A DNA stretch of 64,000 bases from Azolla caroliniana (GCA_043228905.1 JBHGNT010000015.1:13020001-13084000); one strand, 5' to 3'. Counted from the first letter of the stretch, positions 22,898 through 36,400 are shown. Numbers and translations are program-made. Notes: a model not told the origin generated them from the sequence alone.

Positions 22898-23722
22898 ATG
22901 TCTATTTTCTATATTTCCAAGCCTACACATTGAATGTTTCCTTTTCACATTTTGAAAGTATACGAAAACGTTATATACTCGTGCGAAAAGAATGAATAAA
23001 TAAATCTTTTCCAAACTTGTTGTAGAGGTTTCCTATTTCTGTTGCCTATTCCAAATTATCATTTTATCCTTAATGTGTAGATGGAGTCTCTAATGATCAT
23101 TTTCTATTCGAAGTTATCATCTTATCCTAAAGAAACATACCAAATCAAGAATGATCGATTTGGACTAAAAGTTATGATTTTATCCTCAAGATATATACCC
23201 AATCGTGAAAGTTGACAATTTAATTTTGTTTTTAATTTTTCCCTTTTGTTTTTAATTTTTCTAATTGAAGTAAACCCAATCGTGAAGGATGATTTTGATC
23301 TATAAGTGATCAATCTATTCTCAAGAAATATGCCCAATCATGAATGATTATTTTCCTTTTCGAAGTTATTAATTTATTCTCAACAAGTATACCCAATCAT
23401 GAATGGTCATTTTTGGTTTCCTTTATTCAATTCGAAGTTATCAATTTGCATTTGAAGGAAACCAAATCATGAAAGATTATTTCATACGAGAAGTCATAAA
23501 TTTAATCTCAAGTTTAACAATTCTTGAAGGATATTTCTGCATTATAAGTTGCAATTTTATCCTAAACATGTATCACCAATCGACAATAATCTCGCCTTAA
23601 TATGCAGCAACATGCATACTTTTGTTTTAAATTTTTCTAGTCGTCGTCAACAAACTTTATGGCTATTCGAATGGTAAAGTCATTAGAGAGCTTGGGAAAT
23701 ACTAACAAAGACCAGTTGATTG

Positions 23723-23796
23723 TGGCCAATGGAGGTTTCGAACCTACGACCTTCGCGTTATTAGCACGACGCTCTAACCAACTGAGCTAATTGGCC
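23723..23796 (-). tRNA. tRNA-Ile: tRNA-Ile(AAT)-like gene, copy 4
   Basis: As copy 1, T stem GTAGG. Confidence 0.9.
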
Positions 23797-24620
23797 ATGT
23801 CTATTTTGTATATTGCCAAGCTTACATATTCAATGTTTCCTTTTCACATTTTGAAAGTATAGAAAAACGTTATATACTCGTGCGACAAGAATGAATAAAT
23901 AAATCTCTTCCAAACTTGTTGTAGAGGTTTCCTATTTGTGTTGCCTATTCCTAATTATCATTTTATCCTTAATGTGTAGATGGAGTCTCTAATTATAGTT
24001 TTGTATTCGACGTTATCATTTTATCCTAAAGAAGCATACCCAATCAAGAATGATCGATTTGGACTAAAAGTTATGATTTTATCCTTAGGATATATATCCA
24101 ATCGTGAAAGTTCACGACTTAATATGGCTAAGTAGTTCACCTTTAGTTTTTAATTTTCCTATTTGAAGTAAACCCAATCGCGAAGGATGATTTTGATCTA
24201 TAATTGATCAATCTAATCTCAAGAAATATGCCCAATCATGAATGATTATTTTCCTTTTCGAAGTTATTAATTTATTCTCAACAAGTATACCCAATCATGA
24301 ATGGTCATTTTTGGTTTCCTTTATTCAATTCGAAGTTATCAATTTGCATTTGAAGGAAACCAAATCATGAAAGATTATTTCATACGAGAAGTCATAAATT
24401 TAATCTCAAGTTTAACAATTCTTGAAGGATATTTCTGCATTATAAGTTGCAATTTTATCCTAAACATGTATCACCAATCGACAATAATCTCGCCTTAATA
24501 TGCAGCAACATGCATACTTTTGTTTTAAATTTTTCTAGTCGTCGTCAACAAACTTTATGGCTATTCGAATGGTAAAGTCATTAGAGAGCTTGGGAAATAC
24601 TAACAAAGACCAGTTGATTG

Positions 24621-24694
24621 TGGCCAATGGAGGTTTCGAACCTACGACCTTCGCGTTATTAGCACGACGCTCTAACCAACTGAGCTAATTGGCC
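24621..24694 (-). tRNA. tRNA-Ile: tRNA-Ile(AAT)-like gene, copy 5
   Basis: Identical to copy 4. Confidence 0.9.
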
Positions 24695-25518
24695 ATGTCT
24701 ATTTTGTATATTGCCAAGCTTACATATTCAATGTTTCCTTTTCACATTTTGAAAGTATAGAAAAACGTTATATACTCGTGCGACAAGAATGAATAAATAA
24801 ATCTCTTCCAAACTTGTTGTAGAGGTTTCCTATTTGTGTTGCCTATTCCTAATTATCATTTTATCCTTAATGTGTAGATGGAGTCTCTAATTATAGTTTT
24901 GTATTCGACGTTATCATTTTATCCTAAAGAAGCATACCCAATCAAGAATGATCGATTTGGACTAAAAGTTATGATTTTATCCTTAGGATATATACCCAAT
25001 CGTGAAAGTTCACGACTTAATATGGCTAAGTAGTTCACCTTTAGTTTTTAATTTTCCTATTTGAAGTAAACCCAATCACGAAGGATGATTTTGATCTATA
25101 ATTGATCAATCTAATCTCAAGAAATATGCCCAATCATGAATGATTATTTTCCTTTTCGAAGTTATTAATTTATTCTCAACAAGTATACCCAATCATGAAT
25201 GGTCATTTTTGGTTTCCTTTATTCAATTCGAAGTTATCAATTTGCATTTGAAGGAAACCAAATCATGAAAGATTATTTCATACGAGAAGTCATAAATTTA
25301 ATCTCAAGTTTAACAATTCTTGAAGGATATTTCTGCATTATAAGTTGCAATTTTATCCTAAACATGTATCACCAATCGACAATAATCTCGCCTTAATATG
25401 CAGCAACATGCATACTTTTGTTTTAAATTTTTCTAGTCGTCGTCAACAAACTTTATGGCTATTCGAATGGTAAAGTCATTAGAGAGCTTGGGAAATACTA
25501 ACAAAGACCAGTTGATTG

Positions 25519-25592
25519 TGGCCAATGGAGGTTTCGAACCTACGACCTTCGCGTTATTAGCACGACGCTCTAACCAACTGAGCTAATTGGCC
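25519..25592 (-). tRNA. tRNA-Ile: tRNA-Ile(AAT)-like gene, copy 6
   Basis: Identical to copy 4. Confidence 0.9.
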
Positions 25593-26029
25593 ATGTCTAT
25601 TTTGTATATTGCCAAGCTTACATATTCAATGTTTCCTTTTCACATTTTGAAAGTATAGAAAAACGTTATATACTCGTGCGACATGAATGAATACATAAAT
25701 CATTTCCAAACTTGTTGTAGAGGTTTCCTTTATTCAACTCGAAGTGATCACTTTGTATTCGAAGGAAACCAAATCATGAAAGATCATTTCATACAAGAAG
25801 TTATATATTTAATATCAATTTTAGCCAATCTTGAAGGATATTTCTGCGTTATAAGTTACAATTTTATCCTAAACGTGTATCACCAATCGACAATAATGCC
25901 GCCTTAATATGCGGCAATATACATACTTTTGTTTTAAATTTTTCTAGTCGTCGTCAACAAACTTTATGGCTATTCGAATGGTGAAGTCATTAGAGAGCTT
26001 GGGAAATACTAACGAAAACCAGTTGATTG

Positions 26030-26103
26030 TGGCCAATGGAGGTTTCAAACTTGCGACCTTCGCGTTATTAGCACGACGCTCTAACCAACTGAGCTAATTG
26101 GCC
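26030..26103 (-). tRNA. tRNA-Ile: tRNA-Ile(AAT)-like gene, copy 7 (T arm mutated)
   Basis: GCAAGTTTGAAA in the T arm. Confidence 0.78.
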
Positions 26104-26927
26104 ATGTCTTTTTAATATATTGCCAAGCCTACACATTGAATGTTTCCTTTTCACATTTTAAAAGTATACGAAAACGTTATATACTCGTGCGACATGAATG
26201 AATACATAAATCATTTCCAAACTTGTTGTAGAGGTTTTCTATTTGTGTTGCCTATTCCTAATTATCATTTTACCTTTAATGTGTAGATGGAGTCTCTAAT
26301 GATCGTTTTGTATTCGAAGTTATCATTTTATCCTAAAGAAGCATACCCAATCAAGAATGATCGATTTGTACTAAAAGTTATGATTTTATGCTCAAGATAT
26401 ATACCCAATCGTGAAAGTTCACGACTTAATATGGGTAAGTAGTTTAACTTTTGTTTTTAATTTTACTATGTGAAGTAAACCCAATCATGAAGGATGATTT
26501 TGATCTATAAGTGATCAATCTATTCTCAAGAAATATGCCCAATCATGAATGATTATTTTCCTTTTCGGAGTTATTAATTTATTCTCAACAAGTATACCCA
26601 GTCATGAATGGTCATTTTTGGTTTGCTTTATTCAATTCGAAGTTATCACTTTGTATTTGAAGGAAACCAAATCATGAAAGATTATTTCATAGGAGAAGTT
26701 ATAAATTTAATCTCAAGTTTAGCCAATCTTGAAGGATATTTCTGCATTATAAGTTACAATTTTATCCTAAACGTGTATCACCAATCGAAAATAATCTCGC
26801 CTTAATATGCAACAACATACACACTTTTGTTTTAAATATTTCTAGTCGTTGTCAACAAACTTTATGGATATTCGAATGGTGAAGTGGTTAGAGATCTTGG
26901 GAAATACTAACGAAGATCAGTTTATTG

Positions 26928-27001
26928 TGGCCAATGGAAGTTTCGAATCTGCAACCTTTGCGTTATTAGCACGACGCTCTAACCAATTGAGCTAATTGGC
27001 C
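26928..27001 (-). tRNA. tRNA-Ile: tRNA-Ile(AAT)-like pseudogene, copy 8
   Basis: Several transitions relative to copy 1. Confidence 0.75.
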
Positions 27002-27368
27002 ATGTGTATTTTATATATACCCAAGCCTACACAGTAAATGTTTTCTTTTCACATTTTGAAAGTATACGAAAACGTCATACGTCATATACTCCATTTTGAA
27101 AGTTATATCAGAATCTATATATTTAATCTCCATTTTAACCAATCTTGAAAAATATGTCTGGATTATAAGTTACAATTTTATCCTAAACGTGCATAACGAA
27201 TTGACAATAATCTTGCCGCACATTATCGACAATAATCTCGCCTTAATGTGCGGCAACATACGTACTTTTGTTTTAAATTTTTCTAGTCGTCGTCAACAAA
27301 CTGTATGGCTATTCGAATGGTGAAGTGGTTAGAGATCTTGGGAAATACTAACGAAGATCAGTTTATTG

Positions 27369-27442
27369 TGGCCAATGGAAGTTTCGAATCTGCAACCTTT
27401 GCGTTATTAGCACGACGCTCTAACCAATTGAGCTAATTGGCC
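27369..27442 (-). tRNA. tRNA-Ile: tRNA-Ile(AAT)-like pseudogene, copy 9
   Basis: Identical to copy 8 (441-bp duplication). Confidence 0.75.
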
Positions 27443-27809
27443 ATGTGTATTTTATATATACCCAAGCCTACACAGTAAATGTTTTCTTTTCACATTTTGA
27501 AAGTATACGAAAACGTCATACGTCATATACTCCATTTTGAAAGTTATATCAGAATCTATATATTTAATCTCCATTTTAGCCAATCTTGAAAAATATGTCT
27601 GGATTATAAGTTACAATTTTATCCTAAACGTGCATAACGAATTGACAATAATCTTGCCACACATTATCGACAATAATCTCGCCTTAATGTGCGGCAACAT
27701 ACGTACTTTTGTTTTAAATTTTTCTAGTCGTCGTCAACAAACTGTATGGCTATTCGAATGGTGAAGTCATTAGAGAGCTTGGGAAATACTAACGAAGACC
27801 AGTTGATTG

Positions 27810-27883
27810 TGGCCAATGGAGGTTTCGAACCTGCGACCTTCGCGTTATTAGCACGCAGCTCTAACAAACTGAGCTAATTGGCC
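27810..27883 (-). tRNA. tRNA-Ile: tRNA-Ile(AAT)-like gene, copy 10
   Basis: As copy 1 with D-loop and anticodon-stem changes. Confidence 0.8.
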
Positions 27884-28687
27884 ATGTCTATTTTCTATAT
27901 TTCCAAGCCTACACATTGAATGTTTCCTTTTCACATTTTGAAAGTATACGAAAACGTTATATACTCGTGCGAAAAGAATGAATAAATAAATCTTTTCCAA
28001 ACTTGTTGTAGAGGTTTCCTATTTCTGTTGCCTATTCCAAATTATCATTTTATTCTTAATGTGTAGATGGAGTCTCTAATGATCATTTTATCCTAAAGAA
28101 ACATACCCAATCAAGAATGATCGATTTGGACTAAAAGTTATGATTTTATCCTCAGGATATATACCCAATCGTGAAAGTTGACAACTTAATATGGGTAAGT
28201 AGTTTCCCTTTTGTTTTTAATTTTTTTATTTGAAGTAAACCCAATCGTGGAGGATGATTTTGATATATAAGTGATCAATCTAATCTCAAGAAATATGCCC
28301 AATCATGAATGATTATTTTCCTCTTTGAAGTTTTTAATTTATTCTCAACAAGTATACCCAATCATGAATTGTCATTTTTAGTTTCCTTTATTCAACTTGA
28401 AGTGATCACTTTGTATTCGAAGGAAACCAAATCATGAAAGATCATTTCATACGAGAAGTTATATATTTAATATCAATTTTAGCCAATCTTGAAGGATATT
28501 TCTGCGTTATAAGTTACAATTTTATCCTAAATGTGTATCACCAATCGACAATAATGTCGCCTTAATATGCGGGAATATACATACTTTTGTTTTAAATTTT
28601 TCTAGTCGTTGTCAACAAACTTTATGGATATTCGAATGGTGAAGTCGTTAGAGAGCTTTAGAAATACTAACGAAGACCAGTTCATTG

Positions 28688-28761
28688 TGGCCAATGGAGG
28701 TTTCGAACCTGCGACCTTCGCGTTATTAGCACGATGCTCTAACAAACTGAGCTAATTGGTT
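28688..28761 (-). tRNA. tRNA-Ile: tRNA-Ile(AAT)-like pseudogene, copy 11
   Basis: 5' acceptor strand mutated (AACC instead of GGCC). Confidence 0.75.
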
Positions 28762-29615
28762 ATATCTATTTTATATATTGCCAAGCCTAGACATTGAATG
28801 TTTCCTTTTCACAGTTTGAAAGTATACGAAAACGTTATATACTCAATGGCCAATCTTGAAACTTATTGAGAAGTTATATATTGTGAAATGCTCAAGATGT
28901 GAAATGTTCTCAAAATGCTCTCAAGAATAGCTCCCTTTCCAATACGTTCTAAGTTACATTTTATAGACTACTCTTAGCGTGGAGGGTGTTCTCCCGCTCC
29001 AATTACCTCTTCTAATTATGGGGCTTGGTAGGGGCCTAATTTGGGTGTGGTCCATGTGACCGCCACAGTTCCCCCTTGTAAAAAAATGTTATTGTGCGGT
29101 CGGATCGCGACGGGGCGTGGATGACGGTTCTAGGTGGGGGGATGACACGGACGTGGGCGTGGGCATGGGCGTGGGCATGAGCGTGGGCATGGGCAATGGT
29201 AGCTGATGGAAGGGCTTTATGCGAGACTGGTGGGCAAAGGTAGAGCGGTTGTTGGAGGCGAGGCGGAGCAGATATGTAGTGTTGCGTATTTGCTTTTGAA
29301 CTTCGACGGGACCGATCCATCGGTGCATGAGCGACTCGCTGAGGCTGCGACGATGGATGGGAAAATAGACGAGGACTTTGTTGTTGATGGTTGGCGCGAC
29401 TTGCATCGTGTTGTCGTTTCTGGCGCAGCTGTGCTTGGCGCAAGTTGCTCGTGATGGCTTTGTGGGGGAGGGGCTGGAGTTGTTGCAGGTGCGACCACCA
29501 GGACACTGCATCAGAGTGGAGTCGTGTGATTGGTTGCGGGACGACTATTGACCGGTCAGAAACGACCACTTCTAGGGGTAAGCGCGGGTCCCTTTCGTAA
29601 AGGGCCCGAAATGGG

Positions 29616-32039
29616 CTAATGTGGGTGGAGGCTTGCACAATTGTGTTGTAGGCATGTGTAACGAAGGGCAAGATCCGGTCCTAGGTCGAGTGCAGCGGAT
29701 CGATGTAGGACGAGATTTGTTGTTTTAAGGTTCGATTGAGGCGCTCTGTCAATCCATTCGTCTGCGGATGGTAGGGTGACGTGAATAATTGTTGGATTCC
29801 TAATTGTTTGGAGTGGGCACCCATGGGGGAAGATGATTTTCTGCAATAGTTTGGAGGCGATGGTCATAGCCTTGGCATCTGGGATAGCGGCCGTATCAGC
29901 CCAACGTGTCAAGTACTCGGTTATGACGAGGATGAATTTGTTCCCTTCTTGTGACTCGGGAAAGGGGCCCATAATGTCCCATCCGACAATTTCAAATGGA
30001 GCTTGAACTTGTATCGGATGTAAGAGGCCTTGAGCCACTTGAGGTGATTTGATGGCCTGACATAAGTTGCATGCTTTGATGTAGGAGGTGACCTCGTGGC
30101 GTAGCCCCGGCCAATAGAATTTGCAACGGATTTTGTCTAGCACCTTATGAAAACCCAAGTGGCCGGACAACGGGTGATCGTGGAAGAAACGAAGGTAAGA
30201 TAGGCGCAGTTGCTCAGGCACGTAGACCCGGGGTTCCTTGCCTACTTGGCAAAAAAGCAGGACATTATCCTGGATCATGAATTGCTTGGTGAGGGATGAT
30301 GTGGGCTCCGCTTGTAGGCGGTGGCAGATGTCGTGGATTTTTTTGTCGTGTTGTTGCATGTTGGCGATTTGGGACGAGGATATGGGGAAATTGATTGTGT
30401 CAGACGCGACTTGGTTCTCCTGAAAGGATATTCGGGATAATCCATCGGCGATGATGTTTTGGGGACCACGGCGATAGCGCAACGTGAATGTGTAATCCTG
30501 TAGCGCCAAAGCCCAACGGAGTAAGCGACCGGGTGGATGAGCCTTCTTTATGAGGGAGAGCAATGGCTGATGGTCGGTTTTGACTGATGTATTTGATCCG
30601 TGTAGGTATGGGTGGAAACGATGGAATGCCCAGACGATGGCGAGCAACTCTTTTTCGGTTGTCGAGTAATTTTGTTCGGCTTTGGTAAATGACCGACTTA
30701 TGTAGGCAATCGAGCGTAGTTGGTCGTTCTTGTCGGATTGGAGGAGGACCGCACCAAGGCCGACATTGGAGGCATCCGTCTGCAGATGGAAAGGCTTCGT
30801 GAAATTAGGGTGGGCGAGGAGGTCAGAGGCTTGGAGTGTTCGCTTGAGCTGCAGGAAGCTAGATTCGCAGGCTTCGGTCCATAGGAAGGGTGTGTCTTTT
30901 TGCAGGAGTGCGCGTAGTGGGGCTGACAGGTCGGCTAGCCATGGGATGAAGCTGAGAGAGAACGTGAGGAGGCCGAGGAAGCGTTGAAGCTGCTTAACTG
31001 TGGTGGGGCGTGGGAATTTTTGGACTGCTTCCGTCTTCTCTGGGTCCATTTGTACTCCGTCGGAGGAGATGACGTACCCGAGGAAGCGGAGGCGCGTACT
31101 ACCCCATCGACACTTCTTCCATTGCAGCTGCAATCGATAGCGTGGAACACAAGTGAGGACCTCCCGAAGGACTTGAAGGTGTTCCACCCAAGTGCTTGTA
31201 TGTATCAAAATATCGTCTAGATAGACGATGACGACGCAGCGGGTGATGTGATCATCGAAGATGGCATTAGCCATTCGCTGGAATGTGCTCCTAGCATCGG
31301 ATAGGCCGAAGGGCGTCCGTGTGAACTGAAAAATGCCTTTCCTAGTGCGGAATGCAATTTTGTGGGCATCTTTAGGAATCATATGGATCTGCCAATATCC
31401 CGAGGCCAGATTGAGGGAAGTGAAGTACTTTGATTTGCCGAGCTGGTCAAGGAGGTCATTGATACAAGGGAGAGGATATCGGTCATGGGTGGTGACATGG
31501 TTTAGTTGTCGGAAGTCGACACAAAAACAGTAAGAGCCATCCCCTTTCTTTACCATGTGTGGCTCCGAGATCCACTTGCTCTTGGAAGGTGTGATAATCC
31601 CTTGTTGTAGCATAGTTTTCACGGCGTTGTCGATGCACTCGTGGTAAAGAGGCGAGCGACGTCGAGGAGTTGCGTGGATGGGGCGGGCGTTGCCTGTAGG
31701 AATCGTGTGGTGGATTGGAAAACGGACCGAGGGAGGTTTTGCAGGTGGTGTAGAAAACAAGGGAAAGGTGGCTAGGAGCCGTCGGATGTCGTGTATGCGC
31801 TCTATTGGTGATACCAGGTACTGTGTGTTGCTGATGTGGGTGGTATCTCGCGGAGTAGTGAAGAGCGCGATCGAAAGGTGATTGGGGAGGATTAGCTGTT
31901 GTGAGGAGAAATCGAGACAGGCTCGACTATGGAGGAACCAATCACATCCTAAGGTGAATGGGAACAACTGGTGCAGGAGGACGAAGAAACAATGTTGAAT
32001 CTGGGCCGAACTAATGGTGAGCATGCACATGACTTGCAT
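29616..32039 (-). pseudogene. pol: Gypsy-A pol (end of PR, RT, RNase H, integrase up to a frameshift)
   Basis: VDFRQLN, PFGL, VYLDD, QTDASNVGLGAVL, HDHPLSGHLG..C..C, GWDIMGP. Confidence 0.93.
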
Positions 32040-32185
32040 ATGAGTGGTACACCCGAAGAGGATTTTAATGGGCGGTGCGTGGCTCGTGGGAAGTTGTAAT
32101 TGGGTGACTAAATCTGCGCTGATGGAAGAGATGTTGTTGCCGGAGTCGAGGAGAACTTCTTAGGTCGTGTGTTGGAGGTGGGTGA

Positions 32186-32352
32186 TTGTGGTACAAACGG
32201 GCAAAGTTGATGACGTGGAGGCATGGACATGTGGGTTCGGCTCGATCGTGGTATAAACGGGTGAAGGTGATAACGTGGAGGTGTGGACGTGTGGGGGCAG
32301 CTCGATCGTGGGAGAAACGGGAGAAGTTGATGACATGGAGGCGTGGACGTGC
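32186..32352. repeat. Three ~60-bp tandem repeats between Gypsy-A gag and pol
   Basis: aaacggg...tgatgacgtggaggc..ggac recurs with a 60-bp period. Confidence 0.75.
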
Positions 32353-32383
32353 GGGGGGGGCTCTCCCTGCGGCACCCCGCGCA

Positions 32384-33337
32384 TTAGTTTTCCGGGAGCT
32401 CAGAGAGGGAGGCAACATCGGCTAATTGGACGTTCTGCTTCTGTTGGTGATTTTTCCACTTTCGGCAGTGACGCCGAATGTGGCCATAGTTGTTGCAGTA
32501 GAAACATTTGGGGCGTCCCTGGCTATCTCGTTTGGGTATTGCACGCTTGGCGCGTAATTGCACGTTTTGGAGGTCGATGTCCATGGGAGTGACAGCTGGC
32601 ATACTGTTTGTATGATCGTGACTTAGATTACCTGGTGTGTGCATGTCATGCGCATCTGCAGCTTCGATGCGTTGGGCGGTGACGATGGCTTCGTGTAGTG
32701 TCGTTGGGCCTTGATCATGTACACGGCGACGGAGGTCATGTCGGATACGCCGCCAGAAGAAAAACAACTTCATGTCTTCCGACATGTTGGCGTCAGCTCG
32801 ACGTAGGATCTGCACAAACCGAACCACGAACTGGGTGATGGGTTCACGTGGTTGTTGGGCAATTGACTCGAGTTGTTGTAGGGCCGTCTGGCGGGAGTCT
32901 TGATGAGAAAAATTCAGAATCATGGCTGCTCATAACAGATCCCAGTCGTTGCGTGTCTCTTCGGGTTGTTGTACGAGCCATGTTGATGAGATATTCTCGA
33001 GGAGTGTCTTCATTTCCATTGCCTTCCGGGGGTGTGGCCACTAGTGGTAACTGGCCACTATTTCGAAATGATCCAGCCAAGAGAGGACGTCTTCCGATGG
33101 TACGCCGGAGAATGGTTTTGGGCGAACTTGAGGGTCCGGGAGATTCTGTTGTGGCTCGGATTTTGCTGAAAGAAATGACAACATGGCTTGGTTAGTATGG
33201 TTAACTTGTAAAATAATGTTGGACAGGGCTTCAACCAGTTGGTCGATTGGCGATGTGAGCTGATGGTCTTGAATTTGTTGTTGGAGGAATTCCGAATTCA
33301 TTGAGTTGGTGTTGCCGCCGTTGTTGTCGTGTTGCAT
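32384..33337 (-). pseudogene. gag: Gypsy-A gag (stop and frameshift)
   Basis: TPMDID and zinc knuckle CFYCNNYGHIRRHC; homologous to the 17560-18792 ORF. Confidence 0.88.
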
Positions 33338-33490
33338 CGTGGCGTGTGTTGTTGGGGTCGTGAGTTGGGGTTGCTTTGCCCGTCATCTCCACCAAGATGT
33401 GAAATGCACTCAAAATGCTCTCAAGAATAGCTCCCTTTCCATTACGTTCTAAGTTACATTTCATAAACTACTCTTAGCGTGGAGGGTGTT

Positions 33491-36400
33491 CGAAGGCGAC
33501 AGGAGCAATCGGGGACATATACGCGCTTTTTAAAGAATAACAAACCATCATGATATTCGAATTGTCAGTAGTCAATACCTGGTTGTTGAGACTGAGAACA
33601 GGATGCCCGAGAAGTATCAATGTGTGCCAGGATGTCTTGAGCAAAACTATCCGTCTTCAAGTTTGCACGTATGTCATCTGTAATCCGTGAATCCATCGGG
33701 GTGTGAAAAATCCGCGTCGTGTGCAATCGTGTTGGTCCCAAGATTACTTGCTTTTGATTATCAAATGTTGGATCACCAGGACGAGGTGCAAGATATGAAC
33801 GTCGTGATAGTGCATCTGCTTTTCCTTGCTGCTTTCCCGGTCGATATGTGATTTTGAAGTCGAAATGCGTGAGGAATTGTGCCCACCGAGCTTGCCGTCG
33901 ATTTAGTACCTGAGCGTTCTGGAAATAAGCAAGATTTTTATGATCATTAAAGACAATGACCTGATGTGGAGAGCCCTCTAAGAAATGCCGCCATTGCACA
34001 AATGAATCCACGATGACTAATAACTCCTTGTCATGTATTTCGTAGTTGATTTCCGCGACATCGAATTTGCGCGAATGGAAAGCCACCGGATGCAACTCTT
34101 CTTTATCTCCTTGTTGAGAAAGGATGCTACCGAGGGCGAAATCTGAAGCATCAGCCTCCATGATGAATGGTTTGCTGGTATCCACATGAGCTAGAATCGG
34201 TGCTGATGTAAAGGCTTTCTTAAGATGCCGAAAAGCCATATCTGCTTCGATGGACCAAAGAAATGCTTGGCCCTTCTTCGTAAGTTGTGTGAGGGGTAAA
34301 ATAATCTTTGAATAATCCTGTATAAACTTACGGTAGAAGTTAGCAAAACCTAGAAAACATTGTACATCTCCTACCGACCGTGGAATTTGCCACTCTAGTA
34401 CAGTTTGGACTTTAGCTGGATCCATGGCGATGCCCTTTGAGGAGATGATGTAGCCTAGAAATTCCACTTGCTTGCAGTCAAAGCTACATTTTTCTAGCTT
34501 GGCATAAAGACCATTCTCGCGGAGTCGCTTTAGTACTAATAGTACATGAGAATCGTGCTCTTGCTGGGTCTTCGAATAAATCAATAGATCATCCAGATAG
34601 ATGATCAAATAGATATCCAAGAGGTCTCTGAATATATCATTTTCCATGTGTTGGAAGACTGCGGGTGCATTGGTTAAGCCGAACGGCATAACAGTATACT
34701 CGAAATGCCCATACCGTGTGCGAAAGGCGGTCTTCCATTCATCTCCCGGTCGGATCCGCACGAGGTTATACGTTCCTCGTAGATCGATTTTGGTAAAAAA
34801 TTGGCACCATTAACTCGCTCTAAAAGACTTGATATAAGAGGAAGTGCATACCTATTCCGGATGGTGACTTTATTCAATCCGCGGTAATCAACGACGAGAC
34901 GAAGTGAGCCATCTTTCTTCTTGACAAAGAAGATGGGTGCACCGGCCGGAGATTTCGAATGACGGATGAACTCGCTTGCCAAGTTCTCCTCTATGTAGGC
35001 TCGAAGGACTTCTAACTCGGTGGGTGACAAGTTGTAAATTGGTCCCCATGGTGGCTCGGTTCCTGGTTGTAAATCGATGGGACAGTCATAGGGATGGTGA
35101 TGAGGAAGGGTACCGGCTTTTACCTTGTCAAATACATCGGGATAAGGATGATATTTTGCCAGAAGTTGTACTAAGGAGTCCTTCTTAATAGTGCTGGAAG
35201 GATGTACTGATATTGCAAATATGAACATTGCCTCCTTGTGTCCTTCTTCGCGTAATTGATGGAGTGAAATGGTCAAAACTTGGTGAGTAGATTCTTGGGG
35301 TGGTAGATATCAGACTTCTCTTGTTCTCCAATCTATGGCTGGATTATGTAATTCAAACCAAGGTAATCCTAGGACAATGGGATGCTCTGGACTACTAATT
35401 ATATTAAATGATATTACACACACAAAACTACCTAGGACAACTTGAATGGGTTCTGATTCTTCTACAATATTCCCGGAAGCAATGGGATGACCATCAATGA
35501 CTACTACAGATGCGGGACAAGGAAGTTTTCTTAGGGATATCTGAGAAGCTTGGGCAAAATTTCGATCCATGAAACAGGAATTAGCTCCGGAATCTAAAAG
35601 TGCTAGGACGGGTACTGGGAGAGTACTTTTAGTACTAACAATGACTTGGGCTAGGAACACATTGCTAACTTTCTTGGAAGGAATGGAACCATTAATGGGC
35701 TGTACAGATCTAGGGTTGCTGTCCAACCAAATGGCTCCTATTTTGGCTGGACTCAATCGTTTAACTCTTCATCTAATTGACTAAGGATTTCAAATTTGTT
35801 TGAGATACTTGGGCTATTAGTACTATGAATACTATCTGACACTCTATTAGTACTATTAATACTATCAGACACTCCGAAGGGAAGAATTGACTCGGGTTTA
35901 GTATAGGCGACGATTTGATTTACCTGTCTTCTTGGCCTATGGGGACAATTGATGGCGATATGCCCTGGTCCACCGCAATAAAGACATAATCGATTGGCAC
36001 GTCGTCGTTGCTTTTCTTCTTCCGATAACGGGCCGCGTCAACGCATGGTATCGATCTCCATCGGTGTCGAAGTATTTGCTTGAGGTATGTCTCGTGCAAA
36101 CGGTTTAGCCGCGACTGCGGCGTAAGTGGGCTCTGGCCTAGAGCGTGGTATCTGTAATTGACGTTCCGAACGCCGTTCGAAAAGGCGGTTGTCACATCGG
36201 ACCGCTCGACTGATTGCCTCCGTAAGAGACTTTGGTTCTTCGGGGAAAGTTAGAAGTAGATCTTTGACATCGTTTCGCAGGCCATTGCGAAACTGCTCCA
36301 TTAGTGCTTGATCATCCCAGGGTATATCTGAAGCGAGTAAGCGGAAATCCGCAGCGTAGGCAGAGGCTGGACGATCGCCTTGACACAATCGCCGGTGTCT

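Larger units (their letters stand above)
22759..28881. repeat. tRNA-Ile-containing satellite, main block (units of 899, 898, 898, 511, 898, 441, 441, 878 bp)
   Basis: Spacing of nine tRNA copies; spacers built from diverged ~50-bp subrepeats (tcgaagttat...cccaatcatgaa). Confidence 0.96.
28882..33490 (-). mobile_element. Ty3/Gypsy LTR retrotransposon (Gypsy-A), degraded; 5' LTR truncated by a deletion
   Basis: 3' LTR 28882-29067; partial 5' LTR 33398-33490; PBS tggtggagatg (tRNA-Ala); PPT caagggggaac; gag and pol remnants. Confidence 0.93.

Noticed and set aside
23403-23600. Repeated 65-75 aa ORFs (MVIFGFLYS..., MKVISESIY...)
   Set aside because: Chance ORFs in the satellite spacer, repeated only because the unit is repeated; no motifs
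22759-28881. 5S rDNA or spliced-leader array
   Set aside because: The conserved core is a 74-nt tRNA cloverleaf; no 5S sequence recognised
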